A stretch of DNA of 64,000 bases from sequence record OR258281.1. One strand, given 5' to 3'. The notes below the pieces were generated by a model that was not told the origin of the DNA, did not search any database, and saw nothing but the letters and a program-made list of their open reading frames with translations. This document shows positions 35,785 to 44,797 of the stretch, in pieces. How positions within the stretch are numbered: the first letter of the stretch is position 1; each line of letters starts with the position of its first letter. Both the position numbers and the translations under genes were made by a program.

Positions 35785-36032
35785 TGGGCTACAGTAATGG
35801 TGGTAATGAATTCACACCGGATAACGATGAAACTACTTTGTACATCGAATGCCGGAGCCGTGACATTCCATTTAATGAAGTACTTGAACAAATCAAATCA
35901 CATTTCGGTGCTGATGTTGATTTAGAGACAGTCAGTATCAGTTCTGAAAACATCCATACTCGTTGTCGATACTATGATCTTCATGATTCTTCCGATTGGG
36001 ATCAGTACTTAGTTATTTCTCGGAGCGTTTAA
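35784..36032 (+). CDS. hypothetical protein
   Basis: Coupled start. Confidence 0.6.
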   Translation: MGYSNGGNEFTPDNDETTLYIECRSRDIPFNEVLEQIKSHFGADVDLETVSISSENIHTRCRYYDLHDSSDWDQYLVISRSV

Positions 36033-36033
36033 A

Positions 36034-36645
36034 ATGTGGGATATTGATAAATTAACAGAACTTCTTAAACGCAAACAGGAAGAGTTTGACAACATGACTC
36101 CTGAAGAACGTCAGATGGATCTGTATGGTTATACTGAAAAACAGTTGGAAGATTATAAAACCAATTCATTCAGTACTGATATGGAAACCCTTACTAAGTA
36201 CATTGAAGAACATGGTACTTATAATACCGAATCAGTAGCATATAAAACAATGCCTGAAGCTAAGTTCATCAACGAAAAGTTCTTGTTTATTTGCTTTAAT
36301 GATGAGTCTGTTGAAATCTCAAGTGATGACTATCATTCTACAACAGTACTGAACGATATTGTTCGTAATGATAGTTATGGTATGGGTTCAACTACTAATT
36401 TCAACAAGTACGAACCTAAACCTGATGACATTCAGTACACTAAAGATGATGTTCGCAGTACAGTTAAAATTGGTACTGGTATTGACGAAATATCAGTTGG
36501 GGCAACCCATAATGACCCTGATGTTATTTTTTTGCGTATAGCAAATGTTGATCATGTTCATTTAATATCCGATATGCGTAAACTCCAAAAGTTGTTAAAC
36601 GTGTACTTGGGTGAGGAAACTAATGATGACAACTATAACGAATGA
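36034..36645 (+). CDS. hypothetical protein
   Basis: GGAG SD; 203 aa. Confidence 0.65.
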   Translation: MWDIDKLTELLKRKQEEFDNMTPEERQMDLYGYTEKQLEDYKTNSFSTDMETLTKYIEEHGTYNTESVAYKTMPEAKFINEKFLFICFNDESVEISSDDYHSTTVLNDIVRNDSYGMGSTTNFNKYEPKPDDIQYTKDDVRSTVKIGTGIDEISVGATHNDPDVIFLRIANVDHVHLISDMRKLQKLLNVYLGEETNDDNYNE

Positions 36646-36841
36646 AAAATTCAGGAAGTCTCTGATTAAGTTCCATGATGGTTCGCCGTTAAGTGATAAA
36701 GATCTTGAAGTACTTCATGATCATTTTCATTCACTGGAAGAACTGGTGAAAGCTAATCCAGATCTTGAAGCGATTAAGCTGTATGCTTATACTCACCTTA
36801 ACCGCATTAACGATTACATTCGTGCAAGAGCAAAAAAATGA
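36611..36841 (+). CDS. hypothetical protein
   Basis: Chained ORF. Confidence 0.55.
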   Translation: MRKLMMTTITNEKFRKSLIKFHDGSPLSDKDLEVLHDHFHSLEELVKANPDLEAIKLYAYTHLNRINDYIRARAKK

Positions 36842-37893
36842 CTCCAGAACAAATTAGTGATTTAACGTCTTTCTTGTCTAAACAACCAAGTATTAACATT
36901 ATACGGTTGAACGACTACTTCTTGAAAGAATATAAATTCGTTTACCTGTTACCTACTATCATTGATAATGATAATGTGAATTTGCAGTTCGGTATCGTTT
37001 TCAGTAATGAAAATTTAGAAACCGAAGGTTTAGAATTTGACAATCTTAATCGTCGTCAGCTTTACGTGTACTGCCATGCTACAGTGAAAGCTGATGGTAA
37101 GTTCAAAGATGAAACTTACAAAGCCCGTACTGCTGATATTGGTGAATTAGTAGTACCAGAAGACCGGGATTCTTATGTACGTAAACAAGCATTACGGTTA
37201 GCTGATTTGCCTAAACTGAAAGACCAGTTCTCTGTTATAAAACCCGATTCTTGTCATTTAATGTCGGGTATTGCAGACGCATACGGTTCCTATGATGGTT
37301 ATGGTTACGTCCATAATCTTTATGGTTCAGAATTCGTTAATATTCAGGGTTTACGTGGGTTTGATGTTTATAACGTAAACTATGACAGTGATGAAGTATA
37401 TCTCATGGAGTACTATGAGTACATGAACACTCCATTATGCGTATGTACCAAATATGCGGATAAGAGTGATTATGAAATTAAGGTTTATGATAAAGAGCAC
37501 TTTAACTCTTTCATGAAAGTACTTGAAACAATGGTTTATAATAATTCAGATGAATACGATGTACATGACTACATCACTGATGACACCATTGAAGATCAAA
37601 GTAATGGATATGGTAATGCGTTTGTTCATAATGGGGATTTGTATTATACCATCGATTCGCCATTCTGGAGTTTCGGTTATACTAATCGTAATAACCAGGC
37701 ATACTATGGTATTATCAAATCATTTAATGATGTTACCATGCAAAAGGTAAACATAGTTAGTATTCATTCCGTCGATCAAAGTAGATACTCCAGTAGTGAA
37801 AACACATTAGTAAGAATAGTACTTGATGGTGCTGAAATTGAGGTAAAACCAAGTACGATATTCTTTAAGGTTCGGGATGCAAAGATTCTTTAA
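36838..37893 (+). CDS. hypothetical protein
   Basis: 351-aa ORF. Confidence 0.7.
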   Translation: MTPEQISDLTSFLSKQPSINIIRLNDYFLKEYKFVYLLPTIIDNDNVNLQFGIVFSNENLETEGLEFDNLNRRQLYVYCHATVKADGKFKDETYKARTADIGELVVPEDRDSYVRKQALRLADLPKLKDQFSVIKPDSCHLMSGIADAYGSYDGYGYVHNLYGSEFVNIQGLRGFDVYNVNYDSDEVYLMEYYEYMNTPLCVCTKYADKSDYEIKVYDKEHFNSFMKVLETMVYNNSDEYDVHDYITDDTIEDQSNGYGNAFVHNGDLYYTIDSPFWSFGYTNRNNQAYYGIIKSFNDVTMQKVNIVSIHSVDQSRYSSSENTLVRIVLDGAEIEVKPSTIFFKVRDAKIL

Positions 37894-38116
37894 AACAAAT
37901 GATGCATTAGGACATAACGAATATGCTTATGTCCTAAAGCTTACTGAGACTGAATATCTTTGCTGCTATTACCCTTCTTTCTCATATTCGTATGAGGAAG
38001 GAGTGGTGGCAGATTATTCAGATTATAATTTAGAACCAGTATCACGTGATGAATTTAAGAAATTTTCTAATATTTCATCGTCACTGATTGATTACCTGTT
38101 GAGAGAGAAACCATGA
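37877..38116 (+). CDS. hypothetical protein
   Basis: Chained ORF. Confidence 0.55.
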   Translation: MQRFFKTNDALGHNEYAYVLKLTETEYLCCYYPSFSYSYEEGVVADYSDYNLEPVSRDEFKKFSNISSSLIDYLLREKP

Positions 38117-38376
38117 TTAAAGTACATGAAGTACAACACAATTTTAATACCTATATCAATCTGTCAGAAATTACAGATGAACATCGTGAAATTAAAGATA
38201 AAATTCATCAGTCTATTAACTATCTGATTGGTGAAGGTAAGTATATTCAATTCCGTGGATCATTTGGTGTAGTATATTCATTTGATGATAGTGTTGAATG
38301 GATGGAAGAATTTCGTTCTCTGCTTCCTAAAAGTACTCTTGCTCGTGAAAGTAATATTGCTATTTTACTGGATTAA
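38113..38376 (+). CDS. hypothetical protein
   Basis: Chained ORF. Confidence 0.6.
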   Translation: MIKVHEVQHNFNTYINLSEITDEHREIKDKIHQSINYLIGEGKYIQFRGSFGVVYSFDDSVEWMEEFRSLLPKSTLARESNIAILLD

Positions 38377-38545
38377 TAAATGAAACATTTTATTGCAGCA
38401 GTACTAATTATATTACTACTGACATTCGTAACTTCATTAGAAGCTATCGTAACTGGTCAGTACTTGATGGTACTAATGGTTGCCGGATTTTGGGTAGTTG
38501 TTTTTACTCTTATTGTCGTAATCGCAAAACTTTTGGTGGATTAAA

Positions 38546-38803
38546 ATGAGTATTGAAATTAAAGAATATGAAACCCGTATTAATAACTTTATTCATGGTT
38601 CGGAACTTTTAAAGAAGAACCCGACCCTATATGAGTCCATCCGGGAAGATGCGGTAGAATACGATGAATGGCAGGTTGATTATCAAGATGGTGATTTCTA
38701 CTTTGCATTTACCGATGAAGATGAATTTTCATGGATGCCGGAACTTCTTGAACTATTAGGTATTAAAGAGTTCGGCAAGTTCGCCGTTTATTTCTGTCAT
38801 TAA
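38546..38803 (+). CDS. hypothetical acidic protein
   Basis: 85 aa. Confidence 0.6.
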   Translation: MSIEIKEYETRINNFIHGSELLKKNPTLYESIREDAVEYDEWQVDYQDGDFYFAFTDEDEFSWMPELLELLGIKEFGKFAVYFCH

Positions 38804-38818
38804 CTAAGGTCGTATATT

Positions 38819-39004
38819 ATGAAATTTGTACTCCTATCATGCATTGCTTCAGTTATTGTAGCAATCGTATGCGTAATAGTGTTTTCATTTGTTGGTGTTA
38901 ATGTACCAGTGCTTATTGCGGCTGGTTGTGTAACTTATATGGTAGCTATGGCAGTATGTGGTATTGCTGGTCTTCTGTATGCATTATCTAGTACTCAAAA
39001 ATGA
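38819..39004 (+). CDS. small membrane protein
   Basis: Entirely hydrophobic. Confidence 0.55.
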   Translation: MKFVLLSCIASVIVAIVCVIVFSFVGVNVPVLIAAGCVTYMVAMAVCGIAGLLYALSSTQK

Positions 39005-39693
39005 AGAAGTTATTTCTAATTCTTCTGCTTTTAGTACCGGGAATTTCATTCGCAGAAGAGTACACATGTCCTAATGTGTACTTGAATAATGAACTACCAA
39101 CTGTTAAGTACGATAAGGTACTTTGTTTCAAAGACTATTCAGTTCTGTATAGTACTAAGTACAAAATACCTTTAGTATCATCTGAGCACCTTACCAGTAC
39201 TGAGTTACACGGTGCGGAGGATATTAACCGAAAGAATAGCTTCCATCGTGAGTTACAACTTCCGGTGGAAGATGCAAGCAACCCCAAAGACTACGCCAAA
39301 AGTGGGTATGATATGGGGCATATGTCACCTGCTGGTGATATGCCTGATATGTCGTCACAGTACGAGAGCTTCAGCTTAAGTAATATGACACCACAAACAC
39401 CACAACTGAATCGTATTGTGTGGCGTAAGATTGAAGGTACAGTGCGTGCAATGGCTAAGCAGTACGGAGAAGTATATGTTGTCACTGGTGCTATTGTATC
39501 AGATACCTCTGTAGAAATACATGATGGTATTAAAGTACCTGACTTGTTGTATAAATCTGTCTATGTACCAAGTAACGGAGCATCACAAGTTTTTGTTGCT
39601 CCTAATGATACTACTAAAACTTTCAAGATTATGACTCTTGGTAGTTTTGCAGAAGAGTATGGCATTACTCCGTTCCCTGCACTGAAAAACTGA
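39001..39693 (+). CDS. DNA/RNA non-specific endonuclease (NucA/EndA type) with signal peptide
   Basis: YDMGHMSPAGD active site, NMTPQ..LN..W; MKKLFLILLLLVPGISFA signal. Confidence 0.88.
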   Translation: MKKLFLILLLLVPGISFAEEYTCPNVYLNNELPTVKYDKVLCFKDYSVLYSTKYKIPLVSSEHLTSTELHGAEDINRKNSFHRELQLPVEDASNPKDYAKSGYDMGHMSPAGDMPDMSSQYESFSLSNMTPQTPQLNRIVWRKIEGTVRAMAKQYGEVYVVTGAIVSDTSVEIHDGIKVPDLLYKSVYVPSNGASQVFVAPNDTTKTFKIMTLGSFAEEYGITPFPALKN

Positions 39694-39853
39694 TTGCGTT
39701 TTACAACCCTCTTTGATATAATTTTTAAAAATCCAGAGAGGGTGATAAAATGTCATTTAAAGATTGTATAAAAGGTATTCTGGTAACCACCGCCATCTCA
39801 TTAGCTGGTGGTGTTGTTGTTGGTATCTTTCAATATTTTTCTAAGGTTAAATA

Positions 39854-40105
39854 ATGGTATTGAATAAAACAGGTGCATCACAGGAAGAGATCGAGAGTCT
39901 TGAACCATTCCGTGAACTGCGTATTAAACTAATCGAAGGTGAATCAATTCTGTTTATCTCTGAAGTACAAAAAGATTTAGTACAATACTTTGGTAAGTAC
40001 TATCAATACTTTATGTTGTACTTTAAAAAGGGAAGACTTGAGTACAAAACTTACTCTGAACTTACGGAAGAAGATTTCACTCGACAAATGATCGAGATTG
40101 TATAA
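39854..40105 (+). CDS. hypothetical protein
   Basis: 83 aa. Confidence 0.55.
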   Translation: MVLNKTGASQEEIESLEPFRELRIKLIEGESILFISEVQKDLVQYFGKYYQYFMLYFKKGRLEYKTYSELTEEDFTRQMIEIV

Positions 40106-40555
40106 ATGAAATTTATACCCAATGAAGATATTACTGTGTATTACAGCTTAATTAAAAAAGCACACTCAGTAATTAACGATATATATTATGCTAAAACAAA
40201 AGAAGGCTGGGATTCATTTTACGTCAAGAATAGTACTTTAAAAATTGATGTATCATATTATGATGGTTACTACTTCTTTACTTTTGAAGATGCAGATTTA
40301 AGTATTGTTTTGAATGATGAAGGTTTTGTTTTCATGCCAATTTATGATTTAAGGTACAAAAACGATACCTGTCTTCGTGACCACTTTGATTACAAACTTG
40401 AAGATGCAGAAGTAAATGATCCAGGTTCTTACTTCCAACACCATTTGATTAATGATGAATGTGGTGTTTCATATCAATACTATCCTCTACTAAGAGACTT
40501 ACAGCGTAAGTTTCATAGTACTTATGACTTCACAAAAAACTTTTTAATGGAGTAA
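40106..40555 (+). CDS. DEFFN-motif family protein (divergent)
   Basis: PGSYFQHHLIND. Confidence 0.6.
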   Translation: MKFIPNEDITVYYSLIKKAHSVINDIYYAKTKEGWDSFYVKNSTLKIDVSYYDGYYFFTFEDADLSIVLNDEGFVFMPIYDLRYKNDTCLRDHFDYKLEDAEVNDPGSYFQHHLINDECGVSYQYYPLLRDLQRKFHSTYDFTKNFLME

Positions 40556-40558
40556 TAT

Positions 40559-40693
40559 ATGCATCCTAATGCACGCCGTTATCGTACCCAATCACGCCCA
40601 CTTAAGTTAAGTGATTTGGTTCCTCAGTACCGGAAGAAAGAAATTCCTGATAATGTGATCCGTGTTGACTTCCAAGCTAAAAAGAAAATCTAA
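40559..40693 (+). CDS. small basic protein
   Basis: Translated by hand: MHPNARRYRTQSRPLKLSDLVPQYRKKEIPDNVIRVDFQAKKKI; GGAG SD. Confidence 0.6.
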   Translation: MHPNARRYRTQSRPLKLSDLVPQYRKKEIPDNVIRVDFQAKKKI

Positions 40694-40702
40694 AGGTGAA
40701 CT

Positions 40703-40921
40703 ATGAGTACTAAAGTTACATTACACGTATCTGATGAAGATATGGAATATGCTCATTCCCCTTGGACTTCTGCTGAATCTGCATTACAGGCAGTCAATAA
40801 AGTACTTAAAGAACGTGGCATCGATATTGAGTTCGAAGTGCTCAATTATGGCTGTGCTGAAGATGTACCAGATGAATTCTTCGGTGAGGATGATGAATGG
40901 ATCGAGGTGAAAGAAGAATAA
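40703..40921 (+). CDS. hypothetical acidic protein
   Basis: AGGTG SD. Confidence 0.6.
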   Translation: MSTKVTLHVSDEDMEYAHSPWTSAESALQAVNKVLKERGIDIEFEVLNYGCAEDVPDEFFGEDDEWIEVKEE

Positions 40922-41086
40922 TGAAACTATTTTTCAAACAGTTCTTTTGTCACCATGATTATGAGTATTACAAATCCGTTAGTGTATCTTTCCTCTTAAA
41001 GTATTCACATTCGTACTATGAGTATAAATGTAAGAAGTGCGATAAGATTAAAAATACTAACGAAAAATTATAATAAAACTAATAAT

Positions 41087-41162
41087 GCTCCTATAGTTAA
41101 ACTGGACATAACCTGAACCTTCTAAGTTCATGTTCCCCGTTCGAGTCGGGGTGGGAGTGCCA
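41087..41162 (+). tRNA. trnR: tRNA-Arg(TCT)
   Basis: TGAAC-CT-TCT-AA-GTTCA arm; GCCA end. Confidence 0.93.
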
Positions 41163-41179
41163 TATTTTTAGGGTTCACA

Positions 41180-41395
41180 ATGAAAGTAAAAATTAAAGAC
41201 TTATCAGGTTTTTGTAGTTCAGTATTTGGCGGCGATGATTTTATTCGTCATTTCCCTGAACTGCAAAGTACCGGAATTGAAGTTAAACAGCATGACGGTA
41301 ATTACTATGTAATGATCGACAACAAGATTGCACACGATAGTTGTTTCTTCAGTCCTAGCGAAATGAAGTACTTGGAAGAGGTGAAAAATGCGTAA
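41180..41395 (+). CDS. hypothetical protein
   Basis: 71 aa. Confidence 0.6.
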   Translation: MKVKIKDLSGFCSSVFGGDDFIRHFPELQSTGIEVKQHDGNYYVMIDNKIAHDSCFFSPSEMKYLEEVKNA

Positions 41396-41654
41396 CAAAA
41401 CTATTCCAGACTATAAAGCACTATATCAGGAAGCAGCACAAAAGCTGAACTGTACTGAAATTGATCTACGTATGTACTCGTGGTATGAATCTTTTCCAAC
41501 TACTGCTGGCCCACACAAAGACCGTATTGCAGGGCAGGCATTTACCGATTTCCAGGTACTGGCATTCAGTACTGTTAACTGTAGCGATGCTGTGATGTAC
41601 TGTGACGGTATTTGGTCTAAGTGGGACGGTCGTACTATGGGTGGCTGGAAATGA
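41388..41654 (+). CDS. hypothetical protein
   Basis: GAGGTG SD. Confidence 0.6.
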   Translation: MRNKTIPDYKALYQEAAQKLNCTEIDLRMYSWYESFPTTAGPHKDRIAGQAFTDFQVLAFSTVNCSDAVMYCDGIWSKWDGRTMGGWK

Positions 41655-42046
41655 AACTTGCTGAACTTATCGATGTAGTGAAACAAAATCCAGGCCGGGA
41701 TCTCATCTTTAAAGTACAGCCAAAACAAAGTCTTGAAGTCGGTCCTGGTTATACCAACTTTAAGATCAATTATAGTCATTGTATTTTAGTACTATCCAGA
41801 ATTCAACATGGTGAATCATACTCAAAGAATCATGTTGAAATTAATTCTCCGGTTATTGTTGGTTTGTTTAGTCTTCCACTTGAACAAAACAAACATATCA
41901 GTAATAAAGACATGGATAACCTTAAAAGTAATTTTCTTGAAAAAGATGGTACATTCAGTACTGTAATGTTTATTACCAATGATGAATTCTGTTCTGGTAT
42001 TGAATTATTACATGTTTGTGAACCTGATACCTGCGGGATCGAATAA
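41651..42046 (+). CDS. hypothetical protein
   Basis: Coupled ATG at 41651. Confidence 0.6.
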   Translation: MKLAELIDVVKQNPGRDLIFKVQPKQSLEVGPGYTNFKINYSHCILVLSRIQHGESYSKNHVEINSPVIVGLFSLPLEQNKHISNKDMDNLKSNFLEKDGTFSTVMFITNDEFCSGIELLHVCEPDTCGIE

Positions 42047-42112
42047 AGAGGTTGACAGAATTACATAAACTGTGTTATGGTCGTAAGGTACATAATACAC
42101 GGGGATAGAAAA

Positions 42113-42346
42113 ATGTTATTCACACTACTCTTTATCATAACTACCAGTACTGGTGGTATAACTTCCAATTCAGTACAAAATTTAACAGAACAAGACTGCA
42201 ACGATATTAAGAAGACAATAAACTACCGCTTTAGTGGGTACGTTAAAATGAATGATTGTTTCGTACAGGGAACTCCTAATTTCATTATTACTGATCAGTC
42301 CAAAGAACAGAAAGAGTTGGATGCACTGATTAAAAAGGTGAAGTAA
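42113..42346 (+). CDS. small exported or membrane protein
   Basis: Hydrophobic N-terminus; two Cys. Confidence 0.55.
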   Translation: MLFTLLFIITTSTGGITSNSVQNLTEQDCNDIKKTINYRFSGYVKMNDCFVQGTPNFIITDQSKEQKELDALIKKVK

Positions 42347-42672
42347 TGGACATTGTACCCTTTTCTTTCATATTAGATAGCGTAGGCGAGTACTGGATCA
42401 TAGAACGTGTAGAGCGTTGTATTGTCGGTAGGGATTATCTTACACCTGATAGTATCGGAATAGGGTACAAGTTACCTCACAATAAAGTATTCCTTGAAGG
42501 GTCAAGCCGCAAGGAATATATTAACATGCGTACATGTACCTTTCAGCAGTTGCGGAATTTTTTGAATCACAGTGTTAGTACTGAAAAATCATGGATTTAC
42601 GTTTTAGACATTAAAGGTGTTATAAAACGTAAACCCTTTTTGTTTGAGATACCTGGAGTGCCGGAAATATGA
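42346..42672 (+). CDS. hypothetical protein
   Basis: Coupled start. Confidence 0.6.
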   Translation: MDIVPFSFILDSVGEYWIIERVERCIVGRDYLTPDSIGIGYKLPHNKVFLEGSSRKEYINMRTCTFQQLRNFLNHSVSTEKSWIYVLDIKGVIKRKPFLFEIPGVPEI

Positions 42673-43028
42673 TAAGTGTTGTGGTAAGCATTGATACTAT
42701 ATACAATTACAGAGAAACATTTGATTTTAATCATGGGATCAAAATACGTTCACCTAAAACCGATTTTTATATTGGAAATATGAGTATAGAAGACCATCCA
42801 TGTTTTTTCATTGCTAATCCATACAAAACATCACTTAATTTTGATATAAAATCCGGTTATATATCTATAAATGATGAAAAGTGGATTCCATATATTTTCG
42901 AAGATAAAAATGAATTCTTCCAGCATCAAACAATGAATAATTACTATGACTTAAAGTTTGAGCATTTAGTTAAGTTAAAAGAACTCTTTGAATTTTTATG
43001 TAAGAAACTAAATTATGAACTTGAATGA
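42669..43028 (+). CDS. DEFFN-motif family protein
   Basis: KNEFFQHQTMNNYYDL. Confidence 0.62.
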   Translation: MISVVVSIDTIYNYRETFDFNHGIKIRSPKTDFYIGNMSIEDHPCFFIANPYKTSLNFDIKSGYISINDEKWIPYIFEDKNEFFQHQTMNNYYDLKFEHLVKLKELFEFLCKKLNYELE

Positions 43029-43410
43029 AGTAGTGAATAATATTGTAACCAATCTACATACTTTTGAGGTTGAGAGTTACCGGACAAGTAGTGATGGTAC
43101 TTATTATGGAAGGGTATTTAAAAGTACTGAGCATGAAAACCCAATCGTTGTTATTGATAATTTTGGTAGATTTTTAGTTCAAGTAAGAAATAAAACTAAT
43201 ATTTTATTTTTATCAGAGTTGGATTGTACCATAAGAAATGATTATGGAATGTACATACCCGATTGTAGTATCTGGTACGAAGAGTGTACTACAAAATCTG
43301 ACTTCTTCAATATATCAGTACTTCATGATTTATTGGGATTAACTTTTGAGTCCTTTTTGGACACCAAAAAAATATTCCACGCGTTCACCAAAACCGATAA
43401 AAAATCGTGA
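43015..43410 (+). CDS. DEFFN-motif family protein
   Basis: KSDFFNISVLHDLLGL. Confidence 0.65.
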   Translation: MNLNEVVNNIVTNLHTFEVESYRTSSDGTYYGRVFKSTEHENPIVVIDNFGRFLVQVRNKTNILFLSELDCTIRNDYGMYIPDCSIWYEECTTKSDFFNISVLHDLLGLTFESFLDTKKIFHAFTKTDKKS

Positions 43411-43436
43411 AACGCTTTATGAATGTGTCCTATACT
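43408..43436 (+). promoter_or_regulatory. phage-type promoter TGAAAC-N17-TATACT (copy 5)
   Basis: Upstream of a small ORF and the RNA array. Confidence 0.75.
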
Positions 43437-43468
43437 ATAGATGTAGGGAACAGCAGCGAAGAGACACT

Positions 43469-43600
43469 ATGACGGCTGAACAGTTACACGAACTACTTGA
43501 TGCGTTAGCACAAGGTAAAGGAGACGAGTTTCTAAGTGAACTTGGCTTCGAATGTACAAAGAATGATTCAAAGTCTATTGAATGGACTCTGAAGAAATAA
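43469..43600 (+). CDS. small hypothetical protein
   Basis: MTAEQLHELLDALAQGKG..; GAGA SD. Confidence 0.5.
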   Translation: MTAEQLHELLDALAQGKGDEFLSELGFECTKNDSKSIEWTLKK

Positions 43601-43610
43601 AAAGTATTTT

Positions 43611-43661
43611 AGGATTCTTACAGCAACCATAATCTTATGCTTAAAGAAAAAAGAGAATCCT
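43611..43661 (+). ncRNA. ACAGCAA hairpin unit 1
   Basis: AGGATTCT-TACAGCAA..AGAATCCT followed by GTATTAATTTAG. Confidence 0.65.
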
Positions 43662-43671
43662 GTATTAATTT

Positions 43672-43753
43672 AGCAAGATAACATAAAGTCATCACAATGT
43701 ACCAGCCAAACTTAGGGTTGGGTATGTAGCCTGACGCACTACTCTTGCAACCA
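43672..43753 (+). ncRNA. cloverleaf-shaped RNA ending in ACCA with non-canonical loops
   Basis: GCAAGA/TCTTGC, ACAT/ATGT, CCAGCC/GGTTGG and GTAG/CTAC stems in tRNA order. Confidence 0.45.
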
Positions 43754-43759
43754 GTATTG

Positions 43760-43818
43760 AAGAATCTTACAGCAAACATAACCCAATCAAACTTTTAATT
43801 TGAAAATTAAAGATTCTT
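43760..43818 (+). ncRNA. ACAGCAA hairpin unit 2 with a tRNA-Lys(UUU)-like anticodon arm
   Basis: AAGAATCT/AGATTCTT stem; TCAAA-CT-TTT-AA-TTTGA. Confidence 0.7.
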
Positions 43819-43839
43819 GTTTTAATTTAGACCAGATTT

Positions 43840-43898
43840 TGGATTCTTCCAGCAACCATAAAACAATCAAACTTTTAATTTGAAAATTAAAGAATCCA
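43840..43898 (+). ncRNA. ACAGCAA hairpin unit 3 with a tRNA-Lys(UUU)-like anticodon arm
   Basis: TGGATTCT/AGAATCCA stem; identical anticodon arm to unit 2. Confidence 0.7.
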
Positions 43899-43922
43899 GT
43901 ATTAATTAGTACTACAAGTTTT

Positions 43923-44040
43923 TGGAATCAAACAGCAAACAATTCTAATGGGAACTTTTTGTCGCGGGTTCGAATCCCTCCCTCACGTCCCGCGTGAGGT
44001 AGCTCAGCGGTAGAGCGAAAGTAGAAAAAAATTGATTCCA
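43923..44040 (+). ncRNA. ACAGCAA hairpin unit 4 containing a circularly permuted tRNA (YrlA Y-RNA-like)
   Basis: Order is T-arm, loop-closed 7-bp acceptor, TA, D-arm; ACTTT/AAAGT anticodon stem opens into the TGGAATCA/TGATTCCA outer stem. Confidence 0.8.
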
Positions 44041-44070
44041 GTTTTAATTTAAACAACATGTGAATACATC

Positions 44071-44787
44071 ATGAGCAAACTAGATAAAAGTACTTCTGAA
44101 GATAAACCAAAAAAAGTTAAGAAAGTAAAAGAGCAGAAGGTTGAAGTACCAACTGTTAAATTTGCATCTTTAACTATCATGGATAATCCTAAAGTAGCAA
44201 CTCATACAATGACTGGTACTATTAATGATAGTACTCATAAAGAGTTCCGCGAGTTCCTGAATAAAGTATTTGAACACAATCGCAAGATTGATGATGATGC
44301 ACGTGAAAATGCAGAGAAAGTTGAATTTAATAAGATTCACGATCCTGAAGCTAAAAATACCTTTGTCTTTAAGAAAGACAAAATTGAGCGTATCAATCTG
44401 GTTATTGATAGTTATGGCGGTGCATGTCGTAGTATGATGAACATTACTGCACTCATGGAAGCATCCCCTATCCCGATTGATACCTACTGCTTCGGCGTAG
44501 CTATGAGTGCTGGGTTTATGATCTTCGTGCATGGCAAACGCCGCTACGTAGGTACTGCTTCAGATTTGATGACTCACAGCTTAAGTACTATGGTATGGGA
44601 TAATGCACCTAATATCTTGACTCAGGCTGAACAAATCAACAAGCTGAATCAGATCTTCCAGAAGATCATTTCTTCTAAAACTGGTCTTACAATGGACTGG
44701 ATGAAGGAAAATGAAAAGATTGATGTTCATTTCTTTGCAGACGAAGCGGTTAAGCTTAAAATTGCTGACTTCATTGTAGAGTACTGA
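44071..44787 (+). CDS. clpP: ClpP-family protease
   Basis: LVIDSYGG, GVAMSAG (catalytic Ser), LMTHS (His), DVHFFADEAVKL. Confidence 0.85.
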   Translation: MSKLDKSTSEDKPKKVKKVKEQKVEVPTVKFASLTIMDNPKVATHTMTGTINDSTHKEFREFLNKVFEHNRKIDDDARENAEKVEFNKIHDPEAKNTFVFKKDKIERINLVIDSYGGACRSMMNITALMEASPIPIDTYCFGVAMSAGFMIFVHGKRRYVGTASDLMTHSLSTMVWDNAPNILTQAEQINKLNQIFQKIISSKTGLTMDWMKENEKIDVHFFADEAVKLKIADFIVEY

Positions 44788-44797
44788 TAAAATATTT

